Assembly (NCBI GenBank): GCA_947499075.1
Contig: CANMNA010000004.1
Location: forward strand, 1-51,747
Length of the DNA: 51,747 nucleotides
Reading direction: 5' to 3'
Source of the DNA: Myxococcales bacterium
Lineage (GTDB): Bacteria > Myxococcota_A > UBA9042
The notes beneath the pieces were generated by a model. It had not been told where the DNA came from. It ran no database searches and was given only the letters and a program-made list of their open reading frames with translations. Shown piece by piece: positions 1 through 7,787 of this stretch (position 1 is its first letter; each line of letters opens with the position of its first letter). The position numbers and the translations under genes are program-made.

Positions 1-366
1 GGTGTTTTCGTCCTCTTCAACGGGCTCGAACGCCGGCGGGCCAGACAGCCGCGCGTGATCGTCTTCGTCGTAGTCAAACCGCATCTCGAAGTTGCCGCAC
101 ATCAGGTAGTGGCCGTCTTCGAGTTGCACCGGTTCATTGGGCTTGAGTCGCTCGTTCTCGTACGAAGTGCCGTTGACGGACTCGTTGTCTTGCAGGTAGT
201 ACGCGGTGCCGTCAAAGAAGATACGGGCGTGATACCTGGAAACACTCTGATTACTAGTACGAATATTGCACGTCTTGTGCCTGCCGATCATGATATCGGG
301 CTCGGTCTCACCGATCGTGTAGGCGGTCTCGACGTTGTCGTCGCTGATGAAAGTGAGAATGGCCAC
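1..366 (-). CDS. FHA domain protein (runs off the left edge of the window)
   Basis: Manual translation of the minus strand from GTG at 366: MAILTFISDDNVETAYTIGETEPDIMIGRHKTCNIRTSNQSVSRYHARIFFDG...LQDNESVNGT. FHA signature GR...SRxHA...D..S.NGT; GGGAG RBS upstream. Absent from the ORF track because it is truncated. Confidence 0.85.
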   Translation of the reverse strand, partial: MAILTFISDDNVETAYTIGETEPDIMIGRHKTCNIRTSNQSVSRYHARIFFDGTAYYLQDNESVNGTSYENERLKPNEPVQLEDGHYLMCGNFEMRFDYDEDDHARLSGPPAFEPVEEDENT

Positions 367-576
367 GGCAGACTCCCAACTTGCAACACGCAGGGCCAGC
401 CGAGCGGGTCGCATGCGCACCAGAAGCTACCACGCAGCAGGACTTGGGCACAATCCCGCTCAAGCTTGTGCGATCCGCCGTCCAAGGGCTCTCAGCGGAG
501 TCTGACGCCTCCGAAAAAACGCTGTAATGACAGGCAAAAATGCCTGATCGATGCGCGCAGCAACCAAGGTCAACCC

Positions 577-2127
577 CTACACCGGCCCGGGCAGACTGCG
601 GGCGCGCTTGAGGACCCAGTACACCAGCCCAGCGATGGCCGTGCCAGTGAACCACGCGTAGATGTAGAGATCGTCGAAAATGTCAGGGCCACCGCCGCGC
701 AGGTGAATCCCCTTGAAAAAGCCAGGCAAGTTAGGGGCCAAGCCGACCACCAACGCCACGATCGCCGCCTTGCTGATCCCGGCATACCGACCGTTGGGTC
801 GGTACAGATCGGCCACATCGAGTTCCGTCTTGCGGATCAGGAAGTAGTCGGCGATGAGAATGCCAGCGACCGGGCCAAGGAGTGCCGACACGCCGCCGAG
901 CCAGCCATTGAGGTACGTCGCTGGATCCTGCATCAGTTTCCAAGGCATGCACAAAATGCCGAGGATGCCGGTGATGAGACCGCCGGTCTGAAAACTGATT
1001 CGCCGCGGGGCCAAATTGGCAAAGTCGTTGGCAGGGCTGACGACGTTGGCAGCAATGTTGACCGATAACGTCGCGACGACGATGCCAAACACCGCCACAA
1101 CGGCGACGACCGCCCGCATCGCGGCGTCGGCGATGAGCGGTGCTGCCAAGCCTTTGGGCGGCAAAGCAGACGTCATCTGCCCCAACAGGTACTCCGGCTG
1201 CCACAGATCCTTGATGTCCGCACCGGTCAGCACGGCCTTGGATGCCGACGTGATCACAACGGCCATCGCCGAAAACGCGATCATGGTGGTCGGCAGGCCC
1301 AAAGCCTGACCGAGCATCTGCTCCTTCTGGCCACGGCCATAGCGCGTAAAGTCCGGGATGTTGAGCGAAAGCGTTGCCCAGAAGCCAACCATCGCGGTCA
1401 GTGACGGCACGAAAACCGGCCAAAACTCACTCAAATCCTTGAACTTGGAAGGTTGGTCGAGCAGCGGCCCGGTTCCGCCAGCGCGGTCTACGACCCACCA
1501 CAGCAACGCCCCCGCAAGGACGAGCACAATCGGCGCGGCCCAGTTTTCGAACACCCGCACTGCGTTCATGCCGCGGTAGATGATGAAAATGTTCATGCTC
1601 CAAAAAATCAGAAACGTGATGGCACTCGGCAGTCCGAGCCCAGCGATGGCAAAGTCGCCACCGAGCGTCAAGAAGCTGGGCCAGAACGTGCCAACGAACG
1701 TCTTGATGGCCTCGCCGCCGATATAGGTGTTGATGCCAAACCAGCCGCAGGCGACCAGGGCGCGCAGGACGGCCGGAATATTGGCACCCTGCGTGCCAAA
1801 GGCCGAGCGGGCCAACACTGGAAATGGAATGCCATATTTCGTGCCAGGGTGGGCATTGAGCAAGATCGGCACCAGCACGATCAAGTTGCCCAGGCCGATC
1901 GTCAGCAAGGCTTGCCACCAGTTCATGCCGGCAGCAATCAGGCCGCCCGCCAGCGTGTACGTCGGGATACAGTGGGCCATAGAGACCCACAGCGCCGCGT
2001 AGTTGTAGGTCGTCCAGACGCGACGCGAAGGCGGCACGGGCGCCAAGTCGGCGTTGAACAACGGCGAATCGGCGACATCGGGGGGCAGGTGCGCAAGCGC
2101 TTCGGCCAACAGCTGCGGGTCGTGCAT
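577..2127 (-). CDS. NCS1 family nucleobase:cation symporter (uracil/allantoin/cytosine permease-like)
   Basis: Multi-TM protein with HPGTKYGIPFPVLARSAFG, GWFGI, LSLNIPDFTRY and NIAANVVSPANDF motifs; start moved to ATG 2127 with a GGAGG RBS. Confidence 0.92.
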   Translation of the reverse strand: MHDPQLLAEALAHLPPDVADSPLFNADLAPVPPSRRVWTTYNYAALWVSMAHCIPTYTLAGGLIAAGMNWWQALLTIGLGNLIVLVPILLNAHPGTKYGIPFPVLARSAFGTQGANIPAVLRALVACGWFGINTYIGGEAIKTFVGTFWPSFLTLGGDFAIAGLGLPSAITFLIFWSMNIFIIYRGMNAVRVFENWAAPIVLVLAGALLWWVVDRAGGTGPLLDQPSKFKDLSEFWPVFVPSLTAMVGFWATLSLNIPDFTRYGRGQKEQMLGQALGLPTTMIAFSAMAVVITSASKAVLTGADIKDLWQPEYLLGQMTSALPPKGLAAPLIADAAMRAVVAVVAVFGIVVATLSVNIAANVVSPANDFANLAPRRISFQTGGLITGILGILCMPWKLMQDPATYLNGWLGGVSALLGPVAGILIADYFLIRKTELDVADLYRPNGRYAGISKAAIVALVVGLAPNLPGFFKGIHLRGGGPDIFDDLYIYAWFTGTAIAGLVYWVLKRARSLPGPV

Positions 2128-2235
2128 GGGTCCTCCTAGCAGCCGTTGACGGTACCCTGTCACAGCCAGCGTCGCAACCACGCCCGGCGGTTGCTTCCGA
2201 TCGTGCAAAAGGCAAAGCTAGGCTGCGGAGGTCTG

Positions 2236-3237
2236 GTGGCATCGTCGTTGTTCGATCATGTGTTGCGCTGGCAAGCCGCGGGCGAAAACCTGGTCGGTCA
2301 ACTGCAGCACTGGGTCGCGCCGGAGCAGCGCAAGTCGCTGCTTGACCGGGCGACTGCGGAGTTGACGGAGGCCGGCCAGGAGATGGCTTCACTCTTGATT
2401 TCTGGCAGTTGGCGCACGCCACCCGAGGAGATCGAGCGGCGTTTCCAGATTCTGATGCAGTCCAAGAACTTGTCAGAGTACGGCGTCGATGCGTTTGGAT
2501 TCTCGCCGCACACCATCAAAGGCGTGATTCCGTATCTGGAATTTTTGCACAAGGTCTGGTTTCGCGCTGAAGTGCACGATGCCCAGCGGGTGCCCGATGG
2601 GCGCTGCCTAGTAATTGCCAACCACTCGGGACAACTGCCTTTTGACGGCGCGGTCATCGGCACCTCGCTGTTGATCAACCGCGATCCGCCGCGGATGGTC
2701 CGCTCCATGGTCGAGAAGTTTGCAACGGCCGCGCCCTTTTTCGGCACGTTTTGCAACCGCTGTGGCCAAGTGACTGGGCTGCCCGACAATTGCCGGCGGC
2801 TGCTGGAGGCTGAGGAAGCCGTGCTGGTGTTCCCCGAAGGCGCGCGCGGTATCTCTAAGCCGTTTCGCGAGCGCTACCGCATGACCGGATTCGGTCAGGG
2901 CTTTATGCGCCTGGCGCTCGAAGCCAAGGCGCCGATCGTGCCGGTGGCGGTGGTCGGCGCTGAAGAGCAGACGATTAATCTGTTCGACTTCAAAGCGTTA
3001 GCCAGCCTTCTCGGCATGCCAGCGTTGCCAATTACGCCGCTGATGCCGCTGCTGGGTCCGTTGGCCATGTTGCCGGCGCCGGTCAAGTACCGGGTGTACT
3101 TTGGCGAGCCGATGCATTTTGACGGCGACGCCAACGATGACGACACGGTGGTCGCTGCCAAGGTGGCCGAAGTCAAGCAGGCGGTGCAGTGCCTGATCGA
3201 CCGTGGCCTCGCTGAACGCAAAGGATTTTTCGTTTAG
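2236..3237 (+). CDS. Lysophospholipid/glycerol acyltransferase (PlsC-like)
   Basis: NHSGQLPFD (H...D), FPEG and APIVPV motifs; GTG start at 2236 after GGAGG. Confidence 0.88.
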   Translation: MASSLFDHVLRWQAAGENLVGQLQHWVAPEQRKSLLDRATAELTEAGQEMASLLISGSWRTPPEEIERRFQILMQSKNLSEYGVDAFGFSPHTIKGVIPYLEFLHKVWFRAEVHDAQRVPDGRCLVIANHSGQLPFDGAVIGTSLLINRDPPRMVRSMVEKFATAAPFFGTFCNRCGQVTGLPDNCRRLLEAEEAVLVFPEGARGISKPFRERYRMTGFGQGFMRLALEAKAPIVPVAVVGAEEQTINLFDFKALASLLGMPALPITPLMPLLGPLAMLPAPVKYRVYFGEPMHFDGDANDDDTVVAAKVAEVKQAVQCLIDRGLAERKGFFV

Positions 3238-3240
3238 GTC

Positions 3241-4224
3241 ATGGCAAAGCGCAAGCACATCTCCGTGATTACAGGAATTAGCGGTCGGCTGGGCCAACTG
3301 CTGGCGCGCCAGTTGCATCGGCTGCCAGGCGAGCGCGTCATCGGCGTTGATCGGCGTCCGTTTGCGCGCAAGCCGAGCGATGTCGAGCACTACCGCATCG
3401 ACATTCGCCGAAAGGCCTGCGAAGACTTGTTCCGCACCCACCGTGTCGATGTCATCTATCACTTGGGCGTGATGCACGATCCGCGCAAAGACACGGGCGA
3501 GCACCACACTTGGAACATCTTGGGAACCAAGCAGATCCTCGAGTTTGCCCACCGCTACAACGTGCCCAAAGTCGTGGTGTTGTCGACGGGCGACGTCTAC
3601 GGGCCGCAAAGTGACAATCCGGCGTACATCGGCGAGGACGCACCGCTGCTGGGCGCCCAGCGCTTTGCCGGCATGCGCGATCTGACCGCGGTGGACATGT
3701 TTGCGCAGTCTTACTTTTGGAAATACCCAGAGTTAGAGACCGTGGTGTTGCGGCCGGTGCACATTTTGGGTGCCGTCAAGAATGCAGTTTCCAACTACCT
3801 GCGCCTGCCGCGGATGCCGCTGCTGTTGGGATTTGATCCAATGGTGCAGGTGCTGCACGAAGAAGATGCGGTGGCTGCGCTCATGGCGGCTGCGCGCCCG
3901 GGTATTCGCGGTGTTTTCAACGTCGTAGGACCAGAGGCGCTGCCGCTGCGCAAGCTGGCTGAGCTCGCGGGCAAGCCGACCATCGAGGTGCCGCATCTGG
4001 TGATGCCAGGCGTGGCCAAGCGCTTATTTCAGCTAAGAATCACGGACTTTCCTGCCGCAGAGCTCGACTACATTCGCTACGCCGCGACGTTGGATGGTCA
4101 GCGTCTGCGCGAGTTGACGCGGTGGCAACACGTCTACAGTGCCGAGTCGGCGGTCCAAGCGGCGCTGCGGCATGGTATTTTCAATGGCACAGCGGTAGCG
4201 AGGCCGGCGGGGCCGATGGCCTGA
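3241..4224 (+). CDS. NAD-dependent epimerase/dehydratase (extended SDR)
   Basis: ITGISGRLG Rossmann motif, NILGT, VYG; starts 3 bp after the acyltransferase stop. Confidence 0.88.
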   Translation: MAKRKHISVITGISGRLGQLLARQLHRLPGERVIGVDRRPFARKPSDVEHYRIDIRRKACEDLFRTHRVDVIYHLGVMHDPRKDTGEHHTWNILGTKQILEFAHRYNVPKVVVLSTGDVYGPQSDNPAYIGEDAPLLGAQRFAGMRDLTAVDMFAQSYFWKYPELETVVLRPVHILGAVKNAVSNYLRLPRMPLLLGFDPMVQVLHEEDAVAALMAAARPGIRGVFNVVGPEALPLRKLAELAGKPTIEVPHLVMPGVAKRLFQLRITDFPAAELDYIRYAATLDGQRLRELTRWQHVYSAESAVQAALRHGIFNGTAVARPAGPMA

Positions 4225-4236
4225 GGCCGCAAAACC

Positions 4237-5010
4237 CTACGCCAGGACGAATTGCCCAGTGCGCTCCGTCTCGCCGCGCTCCCACTTCTGCAAAATCTGC
4301 ATGACCTTGGCTTCCAAGGCTGCCGGATCAAGGCGGCGCTCCTGCTTGGCATCGGCCTCGGCCTTGACTGGCGGCGCACCGACCGGCGCCCCTTGCAGCG
4401 AGGGAGACGATGCACCGTCGTCCATGGCAAATACACGCGCTTCGGCTTGCCGGGCAACCCGTTCGTGGGCCTCTTCACCGGCAGAATCTTCGTCGCCGCG
4501 CTTGCGCTCGTTGATGATCGGGCCGCCGCCAAAGCTGGTCGGGACGCCACCGCCATAGGACGGGGCAATGCCGGGACCGGCGTCTGGCGGGGCAATGTGG
4601 GCCAATTCGTGGGCGAGCACCGCCATGCCGCTGCGGGTATGTGGGTCAAATTCGCCGCGACCGAAGAAGACGTCGCCATCGCCGACCGCAAACGCGCGCG
4701 CCGTCAGGGCGTCTGCGGCTTGCTGGGCGCGCGGACCACGGTGGATGCGCACGTCGGCCAAAGTGTCGCTGCGAAAGCCCATGCGCGACAGTCGCTCGAT
4801 CAGGCCACGGTCCAGCCGCGTGGGCGCCTGGTCAGCCAACCACTTGGCGCCGATGTTGGCGTAGCGCTGCGCCAGCGATTGCCCCATGGCCGCCGACTGC
4901 ATGCCGGCCAAGTGGGTCGCCATCTTGCCCGGGTCTGCGCCCTGCTGCGCTGCCGCCGCTGCGGCATCTGCTTGCATTTGAAGCAGGTCTTCGTCGCTGT
5001 GGCCGGCCAT
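4237..5010 (-). CDS. DUF4157 (eCIS-core domain) protein with HExxH motif
   Basis: DVRIHRG...A.AL.ARAFAVG.DVFFGRGEFDP....G..VLAHELAH is the DUF4157 pattern. Confidence 0.85.
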   Translation of the reverse strand: MAGHSDEDLLQMQADAAAAAAQQGADPGKMATHLAGMQSAAMGQSLAQRYANIGAKWLADQAPTRLDRGLIERLSRMGFRSDTLADVRIHRGPRAQQAADALTARAFAVGDGDVFFGRGEFDPHTRSGMAVLAHELAHIAPPDAGPGIAPSYGGGVPTSFGGGPIINERKRGDEDSAGEEAHERVARQAEARVFAMDDGASSPSLQGAPVGAPPVKAEADAKQERRLDPAALEAKVMQILQKWERGETERTGQFVLA

Positions 5011-5154
5011 ACTGTCCCCACCATTCGCCGCAGCAATTCGCGCGCTGCACCGCTGTTACACTAACACTGGGCCACGCGTGGGCAAAGTCAGACCAGGACA
5101 AGTCACCCGATTGTGGGGTGCGCCGACCACAGCGGCATCTGGGCGCCGACTTGC

Positions 5155-5183
5155 TTGAGTTCGCGGCACAATGCTGCTACTTT
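5155..5183 (+). promoter_or_regulatory. Putative sigma70-type promoter of tRNA-Arg
   Basis: TTGAGT-17 bp-TACTTT with an extended TGn, about 65 bp upstream of the tRNA. Confidence 0.5.
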
Positions 5184-5249
5184 GTCGCCGCGATCGTCTG
5201 GCGCTTGCTGTGTGCGCTGGCAGGTTGGCATCCGCGGTGTGGGCGAATT

Positions 5250-5323
5250 GTCCCCGTAGCTCAGAAGGATAGAGCGTTCGCCTCCTAAGCGAAAGGCCAC
5301 AGGTTCGATTCCTGTCGGGGACG
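5250..5323 (+). tRNA. tRNA-Arg (anticodon CCT); CCA not encoded
   Basis: Acceptor GTCCCCG/CGGGGAC; D arm GCTC/GAGC; anticodon arm TTCGC-CT CCT AA-GCGAA; T loop GTTCGATTC. Confidence 0.96.
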
Positions 5324-5453
5324 CCCCTTGCCGAATCGGCCCGAAGTCACTACCGCAGCACACCCCGTTTGGGCGCACATCGCGCTGTAACCTGATTGCC
5401 CGCTACCCACTGCACGCCGCCACCGGTGGTGCGGAACTGAAGAGACTGACACG

Positions 5454-6800
5454 ATGCAAGATTATGTTGTCGCGACCCTGGCCGAGAAGCCGCCCGTCAT
5501 GCAAGCCGATGTGCTGCCCACTGTGGCGTCTGCGCGCGTGCGCGGTCCGAGCCTGAGTGACGTCGCGTTTTCAGACTTGCCGATTCCAGCGCCGGTGTTG
5601 CGCGGTCTGGACGACCTCGGCTTCAACCTGTGCACGCCGATTCAGGCCAAGACCCTGCCGCTGTCTCTGCAAGGCAATGATATCGCAGGCCAAGCCCAGA
5701 CAGGCACCGGCAAGACCGCGGCCTTCTTGGTGACTGCTTTCAAGGAGATGCTCGAAACAGATCGCCTGCACCCGACTGCGCCGCGCGCGGTGGTGGTCGC
5801 GCCGACGCGCGAGTTGGCCCTGCAGATCGCGGCCGATGCGGAAGTTATCGGCAAGTACTGTCACTTCCGGACCATCGCTGTGTTTGGCGGCATGGACTGG
5901 GAAAAACAGGCCAAAGTGCTAGAGGGCACAGTCGACCTGGTGGTGGGCACCCCGGGGCGCATGATGGATTTCATGCGCAAGCACCTGCTCGACCTGCGGC
6001 ACGTGCAGATCGCCGTCATCGATGAAGCGGATCGCATGTTCGACATGGGCTTTGTCGACGACGTGCGCTTCATTCTCGGGCACTGCGCGCCGTCTCGGCA
6101 GACCATGATGTTCTCGGCGACGCTGAGCTACGACGTGATGCAGTTGGCCAAGCGCCACATGCGCGAGGTCATCGAACTGCGCGTCGATCCCGATCGCGTG
6201 GCGGCTGACACCGTAGAGCAAGAGCTCTTCCATGTGCGCGAGCGTGACAAGCTCTCGTTCTTGCTCTGGTTGCTCGAGCAGAAGAAGCCCAAGCGGGCGC
6301 TGATTTTCATCAACACCAAGCGCGCAGGCGAGTGGCTGGACTTCAAGCTCTACCACAACGGCTGGGAGACCCAGCTGATGTCCGGCGATGTGCCGCAGAA
6401 GAAACGCCTTAAGATTGTGGAGGACTTCAAGGCGGGCAAGGTCGAAGTGCTGGTGGCGACCGATGTTGCGGCACGCGGTTTGCACGTCGATGACATTGAC
6501 TTGGTCATCAACTTCGATTTGCCTGTCGATCCAGAGGATTACGTGCACCGTATCGGCCGCACCGGGCGCGCTGGTCAGAGCGGATGCGCGGTGTCGGTCG
6601 CAGACGATGCCTTGGTCGAGCACCTGCCTGGCATCGAGCGGTACCTGGGTGGCAAGATAGCATCGACCGTTGCGACGGCCGATATGATGCTCGACGACAT
6701 CGGTCCGTCGTTTGGCGCCACCATGAAAGCGCAGAACGCCAAGTCGGGCAAGCGTGGCAAGCCGCCGCGGCGCAGTGGCGGTGGCGGCGGTCGGCGCTAG
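5454..6800 (+). CDS. rhlB: DEAD-box RNA helicase, RhlB-like
   Basis: CTPIQ Q-motif, AQTGTGKT, PTRELA, DEADRMFDMGF, FSAT, YVHRIGRTGRAG; basic Gly/Arg tail. Confidence 0.9.
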   Translation: MQDYVVATLAEKPPVMQADVLPTVASARVRGPSLSDVAFSDLPIPAPVLRGLDDLGFNLCTPIQAKTLPLSLQGNDIAGQAQTGTGKTAAFLVTAFKEMLETDRLHPTAPRAVVVAPTRELALQIAADAEVIGKYCHFRTIAVFGGMDWEKQAKVLEGTVDLVVGTPGRMMDFMRKHLLDLRHVQIAVIDEADRMFDMGFVDDVRFILGHCAPSRQTMMFSATLSYDVMQLAKRHMREVIELRVDPDRVAADTVEQELFHVRERDKLSFLLWLLEQKKPKRALIFINTKRAGEWLDFKLYHNGWETQLMSGDVPQKKRLKIVEDFKAGKVEVLVATDVAARGLHVDDIDLVINFDLPVDPEDYVHRIGRTGRAGQSGCAVSVADDALVEHLPGIERYLGGKIASTVATADMMLDDIGPSFGATMKAQNAKSGKRGKPPRRSGGGGGRR

Positions 6801-6809
6801 GTTCAGCGG

Positions 6810-6951
6810 CCGAGATCCCCCGCTTTGAGCGCATCTCTGCGTCGCTTCTCTCGCTGCGGCGTACCAGAGTACGCCTCGCTCTTTCAGATCCTTGTTCCTT
6901 GATCTGCATCTCAAATCGGGGGCCGCGATTGATTTCTGTGGGGAATTTGGG
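6810..6951 (+). repeat. Dispersed ~150-bp hairpin element, copy 1 (8-bp internal deletion)
   Basis: Near-identical to 16871-17018, 18211-18384 and the reverse complement of 26746-26895; central GGCGTAC-CAGA-GTACGCC hairpin. Confidence 0.95.
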
Positions 6952-6963
6952 GCGGCAATGCGG

Positions 6964-6992
6964 TTGACAAAGGCAAGCGGCAGCCGCACACT
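6964..6992 (+). promoter_or_regulatory. Putative sigma70-type promoter of tRNA-Leu
   Basis: Perfect TTGACA, 17-bp spacer, CACACT. Confidence 0.55.
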
Positions 6993-7089
6993 GCGGTCCG
7001 CTGGTGGCCCTGCGCGGGCGCGCCACTGCAAGCCAATGCGGCGGCAAATACTCGGGAATTGTCAAGTTCATGCAGGTTATCCTGTTCTT

Positions 7090-7173
7090 GCGAAAGTGGC
7101 GGAATTGGTAGACGCACTAGATTCAGGTTCTAGCGGCCGCAAGGCCGTGGGGGTTCAAGTCCCTTCTTTCGCA
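7090..7173 (+). tRNA. tRNA-Leu (anticodon CAG); CCA not encoded
   Basis: Acceptor GCGAAAG/CTTTCGC; anticodon arm CTAGA-TT CAG GT-TCTAG; long variable arm CGGCC-GCAA-GGCCG; GTTCAAGTC. Confidence 0.96.
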
Positions 7174-7227
7174 CTTCAGTTGGCTCTTGAGGTCAACAGG
7201 CTACCGCAGATCGAGTCAAAGCAGGGC

Positions 7228-7776
7228 GTGACCGCACCACGGGCACGCCCTTTGCCGTTTTGGGCCGGTTTGCCGTTTTGGGCCGGTTTGCCGTTTTGGG
7301 CCGGTTTGGTCGCTGTGACACTTTGCTGTGTCAACTGCCAGAAAGAGCCACTGACCCGCTTGATCGACACGAGCTTTGGCCACCTGGAAGCCGCTGCCGC
7401 GATGCTGGAGTCCTGCTCCGGTGACGAGCGCAAGCTGGTCGAAGCGGCGATGGCGTACCGTGCTGACCATGCTGGCGAATTTATTGCGCTGCGCCAGAGC
7501 GGAGAGAAATTGCTCCAGCAGTTGACTGAGGAGCAGCGGCGCAAAGTCGCGACCGATACACAGAATCGGGCTGCCCCGATTCTGGCACGGATTGCCGTGG
7601 CGGCGCGGCGCTATCCAGACATGTTGCGTGCGCTGGCGATGGTCCGCCCGTTGACGGTGGCCGGCACACCGCGTCTCAAGCCTGACCAAAAACCTTGGTG
7701 GACGCCCAAGGAAGTGCCTCTGCCGCCGACGTTGGACATGTTTGCCCCAGGCGCTGCTACGCCGACTGGGCATTAG
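7228..7776 (+). CDS. Hypothetical helical protein, probably an exported lipoprotein
   Basis: In-frame GTG downstream of the tRNA; hydrophobic N-terminus ending VAVTLCCVNC; sits just before lnt. Confidence 0.55.
   Translation: MTAPRARPLPFWAGLPFWAGLPFWAGLVAVTLCCVNCQKEPLTRLIDTSFGHLEAAAAMLESCSGDERKLVEAAMAYRADHAGEFIALRQSGEKLLQQLTEEQRRKVATDTQNRAAPILARIAVAARRYPDMLRALAMVRPLTVAGTPRLKPDQKPWWTPKEVPLPPTLDMFAPGAATPTGH
7251..7307 (+). repeat. Tandem repeat, 18 bp x3 (TTTGCCGTTTTGGGCCGG), encoding LPFWAG x3
   Basis: Read directly from the sequence. Confidence 0.95.
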
Positions 7777-7787
7777 CGACTGCGCGC

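Noticed and set aside
55-1068. 337-aa plus-strand ORF
   Set aside because: Antisense shadow of the FHA gene and the NCS1 transporter, with no motifs of its own.
6892-7227. N-terminal part of ORF 6892..7776
   Set aside because: It runs through the repeat, promoter and tRNA-Leu, so the start was moved to 7228.
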